A DNA stretch of 61,740 nt, counting the filler, from Hausera hauseri (lineage: Eukaryota), in NCBI GenBank assembly GCA_046269625.1. It is 12 parts of 12 records of this genome, joined end to end, with 100 filler letters (N's around TTAATTAATTAA, not from the genome) between each part and the next. Parts side by side here need not be neighbours in the genome. Positions count along the whole stretch, not along the records: positions 1 to 4,489 come from JBJURY010557118.1; positions 4,590 to 8,672 come from JBJURY010772205.1; positions 8,773 to 15,288 come from JBJURY010092098.1; 9 more parts are not named here. The stretch is one strand, 5' to 3'. The notes beneath the pieces were generated by a model. That model was not told the DNA's origin and ran no database searches. It saw only the letters and a list, made by a program, of their open reading frames with translations. Made by a program: the position numbers and the translations under genes. This document shows positions 1 through 12,500 of the stretch, piece by piece. Each line of letters begins with the position of its first letter. Position 1 is the stretch's first letter.

Positions 1-170
1 CTTAGAGGTAGGTGTTCGTAGTTACTAGGATACCCTGTTATTTTTTCAGAAGTTCAACATTTCTGCTTCAGTTGCTATGTCTTTCAAACAGATGCACTGA
101 CGTCGCCAAGCTCTGGCGTCATGCGCAGCTCTGATTCAGTTGAGTCTGAGTGTTGTAGCGGGTCGGGGGG

Positions 171-300
171 AGACTTCCAAATGTTCTTTAGCCCAGAGAA
201 GGTTGTTCTTTGTATTCTGCTACTGATGGCACTACTTGTTCGGCCGCCTGCTGTTACAATACTGCCAAGATACGTAAACGTGGTAATCTCTCTGTTCCTG
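171..300 (-). mobile_element. Non-LTR (RTE-like LINE) reverse transcriptase C-terminal remnant
   Basis: Minus strand translates FTYLGSIVTAGGRTSSAISSRIQRTTFSGLKNIWKS, matching the YLGS...I..RI....F..L..IWKS thumb region of RTE-type RTs. Confidence 0.6.
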
Positions 301-414
301 TATATTCTTCTCTCTGTCTTCCTTAGAGCCTATAATACATGTGATTGCAATTGAGAAGACACGTCCACATCGTGTGCTTTTCTTGCATGTGTACCCCCAC
401 TGAAATCTCTTGTT

Positions 415-2294
415 AACAGTATTTTGATTTTAATAAAGATATAGTTTTGTCTGTAGATGCTTCTGAGAATGGCTTAGGCGCAGTGCTCTTACAACAAGGC
501 CTGCCTGTTGCACATGCATCCAGAGCTTTGACTAAGGCACAGCGTAATTACGCACAAATCGAAAAAGAGGCTTTAGCTATCGTATTTGTCTGTGAGAGGT
601 TTCATCAATACTTATTTGGGAAATGTTTCTTGATAGAAAGTGATCATAAACCCTTGGAGTTTATTTTTAAAAAACCTTTAAGCCAATGTCCACTTCGATT
701 ACAGCGTATGCGGATACGTTTACAGCCGTATAATTTTAACCTAGTGTATAAGCCTGGAAAAGAAATGTATTTGGCAGATGCTCTATCACGCTCTTTCGTA
801 AAAGAAATTGGTGATGATTTGAATGAAGATGTAGAGGTGTATATAGATATGATAGTGGGAAATTTGCCAATATCTGATGATAGATTTAAGGAATTTCGAG
901 AAAAAACTAAACAGGATTTAACTTTACAGGAAGTGCAAAAATATGTAAAAAATGGATGGCCTGATAATAAGGTAAAAGTTTCTGATTTGGCTAAGCCATA
1001 TTTTTATTTTAGAGAGGAATTAAGTGAATATAGGGGAATGTTATTCAAAAATACATGTATAGTGGTACCCGAAAGCATGCAAGCTGATATGTTGAAGAAA
1101 ATACATTATAATCATTTGGGATTGGAAAAATGTAAAAATAGAGCTAGACAGTTATTGTTTTGGCCCGGCATGTCAAGAGACATTGAACAAGTAGTAAAAA
1201 ATTGTTCTACATGTGTGAGGTTTAGAAATGCAAATATTAAAGAACCAATCTTAAATAGAGAAATACCAAGTGATCCGTGGAGAGTAATTGGAGCTGATTT
1301 ATTTTATTTTAATGGAAAAAATTATCTTTTAATTGTAGATTACTTTAGTAAGTATGTGGAAGTGGAATTGCTGCAAAATACAATGAGTAGGGACGTAATT
1401 CATGTTTTTAAGACTATAATGTCGAGATTTGGAATTCCCGAGATGGTGTATACGGATGGTGGACCACAGTTCACTAGTGCGGAATTTTCTGTTTTTGCAA
1501 GAGATTGGAGTTTTAAACACCAAACATCAAGTCCGATGTATGCTCAATCCAATGGCATGGTTGAACGTTATGTTCAGACGGTAAAGAAAATAATGACTAA
1601 AGCAGCTTATGATGGAAAAGATATATATATGGCTTTAATGGAGTATAGAAATACACCTTTGGCAGCTGATATGGAGTCTCCTGCAGAGATTATGTTTGGA
1701 AGAAGGTTAAGAGGAATAATACCGTGTTTAGATAGAAAATTGAAAAATAGAAATAGGAGAGTTAGAGATTACTTACAAAATAACCAACGGAAACAGTCTA
1801 AATATTATAATCGGAATGTTAGGAACCTAGAACCCTTGCGGAGAGGAGATAAGGTCGTGATACAGTCTAAGGAAAAGCCTTATACTAAAGCTCTCATAGT
1901 TAAACCTGTGCTCAGACCAAGATCGTATTGTCTTCTGAAAGAGGATGGTAGGACGATCGAGCGTAATAGAAGATATATTCATAAAGCCCCGGATCAAATG
2001 AAATTTAGGATGACAGAGGAAATGACGAAAAGTGATGTTTCACAAGAGAAGAACAGACTGATGGATGTTAAGGATGGAGATTCAGAATCTGAACAGATGC
2101 AATTCAATGATCAAGAAACATCTAGTCAGCCAGAAGTAAATCCAGAAGAGACTATTACTCCCATAGAAGAAAATCGAGAGAAAAGGACATTGACACAAGA
2201 TAATTCTACTATAAAATGGAATGAGCCCGTATTGGAAACTAGATATGGTCGAAGGATAAGAAAACCTGAGTACCTGAAAGATTATGTAATATAG
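415..2294 (+). CDS. pol: Ty3/Gypsy (Mag-like) Pol, RNase H + integrase part, 5' truncated, uninterrupted
   Basis: VDAS...YAQIEKE...SDHKPL...ADALSR (RNase H); HYNH..C..C zinc finger; ADLF, TDGGPQF, SNGMVER (DDE core); C-terminal TRYGRRIRKPEYLKDYV. Confidence 0.92.
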
Positions 2295-2364
2295 TTTTAT
2301 ATTCTTATAGTTAATTTTTATATTTTGAAATTTAAATTGTCATATACTAATCTTTCTTTCTTTT

Positions 2365-2375
2365 AAGAAGGGGGA
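2365..2375 (+). promoter_or_regulatory. Polypurine tract
   Basis: AAGAAGGGGGA immediately before the TGTT LTR start. Confidence 0.8.
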
Positions 2376-2804
2376 TGTTGGAGTTTGATGTGCATCCCTA
2401 AAATAATTGTAATCGAATTCAAATTCAAGCACTTGATGACGTGCTGGATTCCGATAAATAGTTATCACCTGTGGTGTGGCAACAGAAGAAAGTCACACAG
2501 TAAGACAGTGGAAGAGTTGGAAGTGTGTAGTGTGTCAAATGTTATGGACTTGCTGGATGGTAATATATTTAAATGATATACGAGCTGCCAAGTGTATAGC
2601 AGCGATAATGTATTTGATTTTATATAGTAATTAAAGTGTTTGTTAATGTTAATCATTTTATCTTTAATGACTGAATCGTACATACACCAGTTTACAGCAA
2701 CGGAACTTTGAGTACATCTTATTTTTAAATGGTAAACCAACCAACCACTGGAAGTGTGATTTGAAGCATCAACTAAGATATCACTCGGACCACAGACCGT
2801 AACA
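2376..2804 (+). repeat. LTR (~430 bp) of the Mag-like element
   Basis: TGTT...AACA termini, preceded by PPT and followed by PBS. Confidence 0.8.
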
Positions 2805-2815
2805 TGGCGCAGCCG
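2805..2815 (+). promoter_or_regulatory. Primer-binding site (probably tRNA-Ser)
   Basis: TGGCGCAGCCG directly after LTR-terminal CA; complementary to a tRNA 3' end CGGCTGCGCCA. Confidence 0.7.
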
Positions 2816-2999
2816 CGAACCGGAAGTATTGCAAAGCTGAAGAAGTGGTGTATGACGGTGATAAATTTTATTGTGGTGATTATTTTTAATTATTGAGAAA
2901 ATACCACTTAGGTATATATATGTGTATATAAATTTTTATCGTATTTCCTTTTAATCCCTGTCTTTGGTGTGAATTTAAAGCCACTTGAGTGAAGTAAAT

Positions 3000-4380
3000 A
3001 TGGAACAGGTACTTAATGCATATTCATTCTTCAAACCCCCAGAAGTGCTGTCATTTGAAGGAAATATTGCTGATAACTGGAAGAAGTGGTTGCAGAAATT
3101 TAAATTATATATGAAGGCTTCAGAAAGTGATAAAAAATCTGAAGAAGTACAGATTGCAATATTTTTGCATGTAATAGGAGATGAAGCACTTGAAAAGTTT
3201 AATACATTTGATATGAAAGAAGCAGATAAAGAAAAATTAGAAAGTATAATTAAGTATTTTAATGACTATTGTTTACCAAAGGATAACGAAAGTGTCAATA
3301 GACATATATTTTTTACAAGAGACCAAATTTCAACAGAGACATTTGATGAATATCTGACAAATTTACGAAAATTAAGTGTTTCGTGCGGCTTTGGAAATTT
3401 GAGAAATAGTCTGATTAGAGATCGACTATTAAGTGGTGTCAAAGATGAAAACCTACGTGAAAAACTGCTACGGGAAGAAGATTTGTCTCTGGAAAAATGT
3501 ATCAAAATATGCAAAGCAAAAGAACTGGCTGAATTACAGCTAAAGTCATTGTCTACTAGTAAAGGAATTGGAAATGTACAGAAGAAATATAACGGGGATA
3601 GAATTCTGCAAAAGAAAGGTTCTACAAAGCTGGAGCGATATGTTTCAAGACCTAGAATGATAAATGGAAATCATCCTCCCAACCGCCATTCGTTTGGAAG
3701 AAAAATGCCAGGTAGAGGTACAGACTTGAGTCAACAAGTGAATAAAGTACAGTGCCAGCGTTGTGGTAAGTACCACTTGAAATATAATTGTCCTGCTTTT
3801 AGTAGAATTTGTAATTTGTGTGGTAGAAAGGGTCATTATGCAGCGGTTTGCTGGAATAAAAAAATTCATAAAGTAAATTTTGATAAATCAAGTAGATTTG
3901 ACTCTGATTCAGGTAAAGCTCTTGTATTGAATACAGTGCATAATGTATATAATGTTTCATGTAATGACTGGCTGGAAAAGCTTATAGTTAATGATTCACA
4001 AACTTTATTGGCTAAATTAGACACCGGAGCTCAATGTAATGTTTTGCCTTTGAAAAAATATACTGAATTAGGTTTGAAAATGAGAGATTTAAAATATTCT
4101 TGTTTAAAATTAAGTAATTACAATGGATCTGGAATAGAGGTAAAGGGTCAGTGTATATTAAATTGCCAAACTGAAAAAGGTTTAAAGGTACCTATACAGT
4201 TTCAAGTTGTTCGTACAGCTTTAAATACTTTACCGGTATTAGGATTAAAAACAGTAGTGGCACTCAATTTAATTAAACGAGTTGAATTTGTTAAGGGTCA
4301 GGATTTCAATCAGACTGTTATAAAATATCTCTTAAAAAGGTTATCTTATTGCAAAAATATCACAATATTGTATTTGAGCC
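3000..4380 (+). CDS. gag: Ty3/Gypsy (Mag-like) Gag-protease, 3' truncated
   Basis: ATG at 3000; NWKKWLQKF..., LIRDRLLSG; two knuckles CQRCGKYHLKYNC and CNLCGRKGHYAAVC; protease LDTGA and VLGL. Confidence 0.9.
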
Positions 4381-4396
4381 ATATCACCCGCCCCTT

Positions 4397-4470
4397 ATAC
4401 ATACATACATACATATGTATATATATAGATACACACACACACATACATACATATATATACATACATACAT
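4397..4470. repeat. (ATAC/AC/AT)n microsatellite
   Basis: atacatacatac...acacacac tract at contig end. Confidence 0.85.
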
Positions 4471-4489
4471 AGCGTTTTTTCACGGATGG

Positions 4490-4589
4490 NNNNNNNNNNN
4501 NNNNNNNNNNNNNNNNNNNNNNNNNNNNNNNNNTTAATTAATTAANNNNNNNNNNNNNNNNNNNNNNNNNNNNNNNNNNNNNNNNNNNN
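4490..4589. other. Artificial contig spacer (first of 11; others at 8673, 15289, 21234, 27121, 32389, 36943, 41880, 47185, 52085, 56997)
   Basis: 44 N + TTAATTAATTAA (stops in all six frames) + 44 N, repeated identically. Confidence 0.97.
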
Positions 4590-6887
4590 GTTAAGAGGTA
4601 ACATCGATAATCATATTAGGCTACACAGTCAGTAGGGAATTTAATTGTTATGCAACATAAAACATCGATGAACGAACAATTTTTGCCTACTCAGCAAATT
4701 TAGCCAATTTATTAACCAAATAAACTAAGAGACCAACAAAACTTCAGCCAAACGAAATTACATTTACTAAAGAGGTAATAAAATGCCACAACACAGTAGA
4801 GTAAATGGGAAATAAACTATCGAACATGTTATACAATACCACCGTTAATTTACTTTACGATAAGAAGCGATTACTCCTTAAACAACTGACAATGTAAATC
4901 TCTAATCCTAACTACACATTGGTTTTGCTTTTCGAAATTTGGTTGTCAATACACGCCCAGCAATATTGACACACTTTTCTTTGAGCCACAAATTTTCCAG
5001 TAATCTCATAAAGTTCAGGTAAACAAATATTTCTATATTGACCATTGAATTTAGAAATTCAGACTAAGTGCACCAAGTATATATATACTCTAACATGCAG
5101 CCGTGCAATGTGAAGCCGACCAGTATCGATCGCTAGTATCGGTGTTTTCTATAGTTAAATCAATTTTGATGCATTTGAAATAAGACGAACCAAACGACAT
5201 CAGTGTGATGTTCTCTTAACGACGCATTTTTAAAATCAAGAACGATAATGTAGCATCGATTTGAAATTTTTAAAAAATTAAAAATGTCATGGCGATCAGA
5301 TGTAAAATCGATTCTTTTTCAGCCGGTTAATGTAATCAAATCCTGGGTTATAATAATCAAGTCTATGCATTAATTGAATCAATATGAGTGTTGTTAATAT
5401 CAACTAAATAAGGTAATTGAGAATCTTCCAACCGTTGAAATAATTGATGGAAAATAAAATGTCATAAGGCAAATCAAACGTTGCTCATTAATAATTCAAT
5501 AAGATAAATTAAATTAATAGTATCAACAACGTAATGAATGAAAAGATCAATAATACTTGACGTAAATGAGCTGACAAAGAAAAACGTTATATTGTTCCGT
5601 CTTCCATTGAACAAAATTTATGAATCCGCGTATGTTAAAATTGTCTTAATGGAAAAAATCAATGTTGACACAACTGTAGACACAATAAAAGTGACTTCTT
5701 TTAGAGTAAACAGTAAAACGGTTTTGAGAGGGTTTAGTGCAGTTTGGATAATTATTTACAGCCTATAATATTCTGTGTTAAATGGATCTCATATCATTTT
5801 GATTTTTATACTACTAATTGCCACAGCGTCCATAGACCTTATTAAATTGCACCATATGGCAGAGGGAAGTATTATTGCACTGACCAATTTTCCAACCGTG
5901 AAAATATTCCTGTACGTAGATAATGTAATCAGGATTTCGTGTCTAATTTCAAGAAATGGGTTTAATCAATAATGACACCAGGACGTTATCAGAAAAAACT
6001 AACGTATTATGTGCCATATCAAGCAACAATTTTTGCTTAATTTTGATTTATATAGATAAAATATGATATGCACCAATACGGGTCATTTCATCTGCTTTAG
6101 ATATTCGATCTAAGCACCATACATGTTGATCATGATAAATGCATCACTATAATATCAACACTGCATTCAATCGGTGGAAAATATATTTTTCACAAGTCTA
6201 ACAAAATATTATTATTCCAATAAGTAAAATTAGCCCAATAAAATAACGCAAATTCTTACTGAATGTGTGCATTCCTATCTCTATATACGTATAGTACTTT
6301 CGAATATTGAATAGGTGACATTTTATTAACTCTCCATTATTCAGACTTTCGTCGTCCGCACTTTCTGATTATGTAGTGTGATCAGCAAAAATTCATATAT
6401 CCGTTAGTGTAAATAGCCGACACCAATATTCGATATTTTGCTGATCACTCTGTATAAACAAAGTCCTGATGACATTATCCATGTAAATGGATATTTTCAC
6501 CGTTTGAATTTCTTAACTACTGTAATAAAAACCATGTAATAAAAGCCCATAATGCGACAGCTACATAGATTTTCAAGAATGCGACAACTGCGCAGAAAAT
6601 ATAAATATTATTGATTGCAAATATGGAAATTGTAGATATTATTGACGAATATTATTGAGAATTGCCAACCTGTAAATAATAAAAAAACTGTCGCGTACCG
6701 TATAAATATGAAAAAGTAAATAAAATTAAATTTAATGGATCGTAATTATGAGTAATTATGAGAAGCTACTACTATATAATCAGATTTGGAAATAGAAAAT
6801 TCAGAAGAAATTTTGCGACTTAGGCTCGCAACAACCAGTTATTGATTCAGTTCTGACATTTCTATTGATCATCGATATTCTACTAAC

Positions 6888-7256
6888 TGTTACTGACATT
6901 TCTATTGACCGTTGATATTCTGTTATTTGTGCGTGGTGTCAATAAAGGTTATCTTTATTTTCGTGTTTCAAAATCCATAGATCTCCATCGTCTCTTAAAG
7001 ACGATTTGTACTATACTAAGGGCAAAGTATTACTTAAAATCATATAGTTAAGTCGGAAATATATAAACTGAGACAAGCACTCAACCGCACGAAGTACCAG
7101 CAGCACATCGTAAAATAAATTAAATTTATTAGAGCACAAGCACATTACTCGAGGACGAGTAATCCTAACCTGCTGAAAAGCGAATAAATTTGAGTTTTAA
7201 TATTGTTATAGTGGGAGAAGGTAAGGGCCACCCCAACTGTAACATATTTGGCGACC
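6888..7256 (+). repeat. Probable 5' LTR and PBS (TGGCGACC, tRNA-Arg-like) of a Gypsy element; LTR 5' boundary uncertain
   Basis: ...GTAACA at 7244 followed by TGGCGACC at 7249; TGTTAC at 6888 is the matching inverted end; AATAAA inside; gag follows. Confidence 0.5.
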
Positions 7257-7621
7257 CTAGCAGGACAGTTTGTATCTCGCTAGACTTTACTGTTGAGAAA
7301 CTAATTAACGACATACCGGCGAATAGCGCCAATTACATCAAGTAACTGAAATAGTAAGAATCGAGAATTAAAATTTGGGATTGTAAGTTGATAGAAGGAA
7401 TTAACTAAAATAAACTGAGAGCAAATATTGATAGAGCCAATTCACATTAAAACTTATTAGTGAACGGTATAGAAAAACGTAGTCAAAGGGAAACTCGTAA
7501 TAAGCTTTACCTCGAGGATAAGATAATTTATAAGCGCTGTTTATCTGACACTGAACTAACCTCCGTTAAAGAATTTAAAGCTGCCCCCAGAATTAAAGTA
7601 GACAAATCGAATAAAGTAAAG

Positions 7622-8672
7622 ATGGCAGCAGAGAACCCAGCCGTAGCTCAAAAACTTGACATATTTACGTTCGATTCCTTGAATTTACCAGCATACGACG
7701 GCGACCCTGACGTTTTAAACGACTTTTTACGAACCTCTAAATTGCACGCAGGAGGTACCAGTCTTGCACATGAGGTTATGATTAAACAACTGTCTTTATA
7801 CTTGAAAAATCTGGCTGCAGATGCTTATAGTGAACTTACTAATGATGAGAAGAAATCATGGTCCTCTGTAGTAAGAGTTCTAAATGGTAAATTATTGGCA
7901 ACAGTGACACTAGAACAGAAGCTTATGGCCTCCCAGAATAGAACGCAACAGAAGGGAGAGTCAGTTACTCAATTCGCATTCGCACTAAAGAAACTTGCTA
8001 ATAGTTACGTGAGTACGTTAAGGATAGCTAATGCGACAAAGGCAAAGGCAGAAGCAGAACGAGAAGCGGCAGAGAAGGCGAGTCCGCCAGATTTGGATGT
8101 CATGATGACAACGCAGTTGATAAACGGTATATGGTCTAGAGATTTAGTTAAGCAACTAATTTTAGCTCGATCAGACAATTTTGAGACTGCATTACAGTTA
8201 ACGCAAAACTTAGAAATGGCACTATATAGATACGCCAAACCGAGTGATAGATTTGACCGGAATAATGATCGCGACAATCGAGACAGAAACCGAAACAATA
8301 GAAGATTTAACGATAAGGACCGAGGTTATCAAAATAGAGCTCAAAATTCCTCTAACCGCAGCACGAGATATGACAATAAAAACTTTAGTGATAATGGGAA
8401 CACATACAATCCTTATAACAAAACAGGCTATATGTCGGATAGAAACCAAAATAATGAACGAAGCAATAAGAACCGATATATAGATAATCGGAGCTTTGAA
8501 AATAGGAATAACGGAATCGATAAACCAGCTCAAAATAAAACAATGGGTAGACCTAAATCACCATTGAATGAAGACGGGCGACTAAGGATCGGTCGAGACA
8601 GAAATATAATTTGTTATTCATGTGGTAAGGAAGGACACATAGCTAAATCATGCCCTAATCCACGGAGTGTAT
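7622..8672 (+). CDS. gag: Ty3/Gypsy Gag, 3' truncated by gap
   Basis: LPAYDGDP capsid start, RTQQKGESVTQF MHR-like motif, Asn/Arg-rich linker, CYSCGKEGHIAKSC zinc knuckle. Confidence 0.85.
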
Positions 8673-9549
8673 NNNNNNNNNNNNNNNNNNNNNNNNNNNN
8701 NNNNNNNNNNNNNNNNTTAATTAATTAANNNNNNNNNNNNNNNNNNNNNNNNNNNNNNNNNNNNNNNNNNNNACAGACTGTCCATCTGATACGACTGTAC
8801 TGTCAATATGTCGACAGAATTTGAATATTTTTTAGATTTATGGCTGAAGAGACTCGGTATTCGATCCAGCGTTATTTAAATGAGAATCCGAATCCGGATA
8901 ATGAAAGCATCGTTGGGTATAACAATAAAAAGTGCTGCCCTGCGATTGTCGAAATACTGCTCTTATCGCTTTGATGACTTGTTTTAGAGAAACAGTTTTG
9001 GGCACACCGAAACTGTTTGACCTTCTTGTCAAGCGCGAGAATAACATACAAACGTGTATAAAGAGCGGTATGAATTCAAAAATACTCACTAGATTTCCTC
9101 CAGTTGTTTTTTATACGCTTAAAAAATTAAATGGTCTGAGATTGCCGAGCGCACATTCAGCAATCCTCCGGCGGCCAAAATATCCATCATGGATATTCCC
9201 CGGCAGCGTACAGGGATGGACCGTACAGAGCGGAACACGGTAATATTGCTCATTATTGATAAATCAACCAGAAGATTTCTTTTTATCCATTTCAGACATT
9301 TTGTCATAAGCCCTACTGCGATTTTATTTTTTTTCGTAAATGTGCATGTAACATAGGGAATTGAATTTAGATTAGGTGAGTCAAAGATTCTTTTATTCAG
9401 AAGTACTTTTACATTTATAAATGATATAATGTACGATCCCCTTCCATTTGTCATGAATGTTCAATACATGCATCGGGTTTAAATAGCGATGCATAAGGTC
9501 TTTTAAGACACGACGGAAAAGTCAAAAACATTATACATAGCAGAGATGC

Positions 9550-12500
9550 TAGATGTCTACTCATGGCGAATATCGCTTTATCGCCACAATGCGCATACTT
9601 GCTTCCTAACACTTACATATCCTATAAAACGTGCGTTCATAAGCAAGAATCATCTATAAAGGCAAAACTCTCAAACAGTCAATACGTACTCCGAGTTAAC
9701 AGTGATATCACAGCCATCGATACTCACTGCCCAACCGAAGACGCCAACTATCCGACACGCGTCGTCAGTTTTATTCGTCGTCAAATCGGGATTCCTGTCA
9801 TTTCACATTCTACTCGGAGAGAACACTTGGGTTTACAAACCCGCAAAGATCATATTTATACTCTGACTGTGAAAGCGCCCGATTCCAATAGTCATCAAAT
9901 ACATATCTGATAATACGCCTCCCGAACGTACCATTCCTGCGGGGAACTCGGTCACCCCGAAGTTTGGGACCCGCTGCAGCGAGACTTAAGTCCCGGCCGC
10001 CCATACTATACCATTGGGTCGGACGGCATCGTTCACTGACGCCCCACAACATATTCCTGGCCATACATTTACATCATTTTCTGTCTTCTTTTTTTAAACA
10101 ATTAACACATTTACACAGTTGCATCAAGACACGCAAACACCATTGACTACTACAACTCGATCTCCACTTTTCTACGCTCATCTGAGTTTTACATCACGCA
10201 CAATGGCTCCACAGTACCTATAGCTAACACCCTACAATCTTCTTCAACTTATACCCACCTCCAGATACACTTCCGCATCCGTGGTGGCATAAATTCATCG
10301 TCCACCATAGACATCACGGATAAAACCACCACGAAACCAAAGTCTGTCATACTGCTTCAAAAACCCACTCATGCTTCCACTAATAACCCTTCACCTACTA
10401 CCTTTCGGCTTCTTTCCCTCACTACACTGATTTCTTAATAGACAACCAAGGCTCTAGCAAAACTTGGTTGCAATTCCACCAACTGTGGCTACAAGCCAAT
10501 AACGTTACCGATACCGTCACTAAAGCACACAATCTCCTCTTTTTACTCCCTAACAACATCAAAACACGAATCCACAATATTATCGAAATCTTTGAACTTC
10601 CTGATCCATATTCACAACTCTTCAACGCTGTTCTCAAGATCAGAGAACCCTCAATGGATACGATCATACAACGCTTCTTCCACGACAATGCTATAGGCAC
10701 ACAACGACCATCAGACTTTTTACGCACTTCTTTGGCACATCTACACACTCCCGTTGTCAATAAAGAACACAATCCAGAACTACTGCACCACTACTTTCTC
10801 AAAGCGTTACCCATCCAAATTCGGGCTCTACTTACCGTGGTGGAGGACTCCACGGCTCTTGAGAAACTGGTCGAATTAGCCGACAAGACGCACAACGTTC
10901 TACACTTAAACTCCCCATCTATCGTTTTGGCGGCTTTTGCCGCTAATGGTATTCAAAGCAACAACACATCAATAGAGCAACAACTAAATCAGTTACGTTC
11001 TGAAAATACATCATTACGCGCAACAATTAACAACATTAACAACAAATTAAATGAACTATCCCTGTCTCGCCGAAGGGATTTTATCGCTGACCGTGCCCAT
11101 TCTGCATCTAGAAACCGGTCACCATCTCCTGCGCTGTCGTCAATATGCTGTTATCAGAGTAGAGTCAACGAAAGTGCCAAAAAATGCTGCCTAGGGTGCA
11201 AATTTTATAATAAAAGATTTTTTTCGACACCGTTGTTTGCATTTTCCACGCAAAATTCAAAAACCAAGCTCTTAAATGCATTCCAGTTTGCACTTTCAAA
11301 ACAGATACGAATGACGGTTGTGCTACCTTGTCTTCTAATACTCATCCCAGTTCACCTTTTCAAAAAAACTAAATTTGCAGCCAGAAGTCACGGAGAACTC
11401 TGGAAAAAGGGCACTACTACACCTTCTGAATACCGACACGCCTCTTTTTCTGTCTTTACTCTAAAGGATGCAATCACCACTCCTACAACGCAATCCGTTG
11501 ATTTTCTCATTAATACAGGTGCAGCGATTTCTTTATTATTAAAAACTCTTCCTGTACTAAATTCACCATTTAGAATTAAGCTCTTATACACCGCTTCAGG
11601 TCAACCGTTGCTCATTTCTGGAATGGCTAAACTATCTTTCATCTTACCAAAATTTTCACACTTTTCCACTTGACGTTTACAGTTGCTAACGTCCAGACGG
11701 CAATTCTATGATCCGATTGTTTATCACATTATAATTTATTGGTTCACTGCAGTCAACGATGTCTGAGCATCGGCATTACTGGCAGCATTACTGAGCATCT
11801 CAATAGCATTTCGACTACCGCGCAGTCGATCGAGACGCGGAGATCAATTTTGAGAAAATCAGAATATAATCCAAATTTTTGTAACAATAATTCATTTCGT
11901 AAATTCTAAAATAATAATATTGATATTCAATCGAGGTTCGATGTCGTTAATTGTGATACTGCCACCAACGTTAATTCATTTGACGAAATCACTTTATCCA
12001 ACACCATTTTCAATTCGACCACCTTACACCAAATACCACTTGACTGCACATTACCAAACAATTCACAAATTGCAGCTGCTACTAATCAAGCTGTTTCACC
12101 ATCATAACCGAATCTCTCACAGATGCCAACAACTTTACAACAATTCGCCCTGTACGATCATTATTCCAGCTAACTGTCATAGACGACACTCCTACAGATA
12201 AAACGATACCGCCGGCGCAAAATCACTTCGTTACGGTCAGCAAAAATTAGTTCTGCGGGTTACTTCATAAAGACAAAATATAATTCCCCGAAGACTTGTA
12301 TTCGGCAAAATTCGTATGGCTAAAAAATCAAACGCCGTGCGGTTTCCAGCCGCAGCATATGGGACCCTGTAAACTCGTACAGTTGCATTCACACAACGCT
12401 ATTATTTCTAAAGACGGCAGAGACCTTACAGTGCATATTACCAACTTAAAACTCGCCTTTTTCGTCGACGACACTTTACCAATCGACACGTCAACCTCTT

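Noticed and set aside
4349-4537. His/Tyr/Thr-rich peptide at the end of gag-pro
   Set aside because: Translation of the (ATAC)n microsatellite
4534-4545. Recurrent TTAATTAATTAA as a biological repeat or CRISPR-like array
   Set aside because: Always centred in 44+44 Ns; it is an artificial six-frame-stop linker, and ORF ends reading XXXLIN are artefacts
8773-9454. Coding-like minus-strand stretch
   Set aside because: Multiple stops and no recognisable motif; cannot support a call
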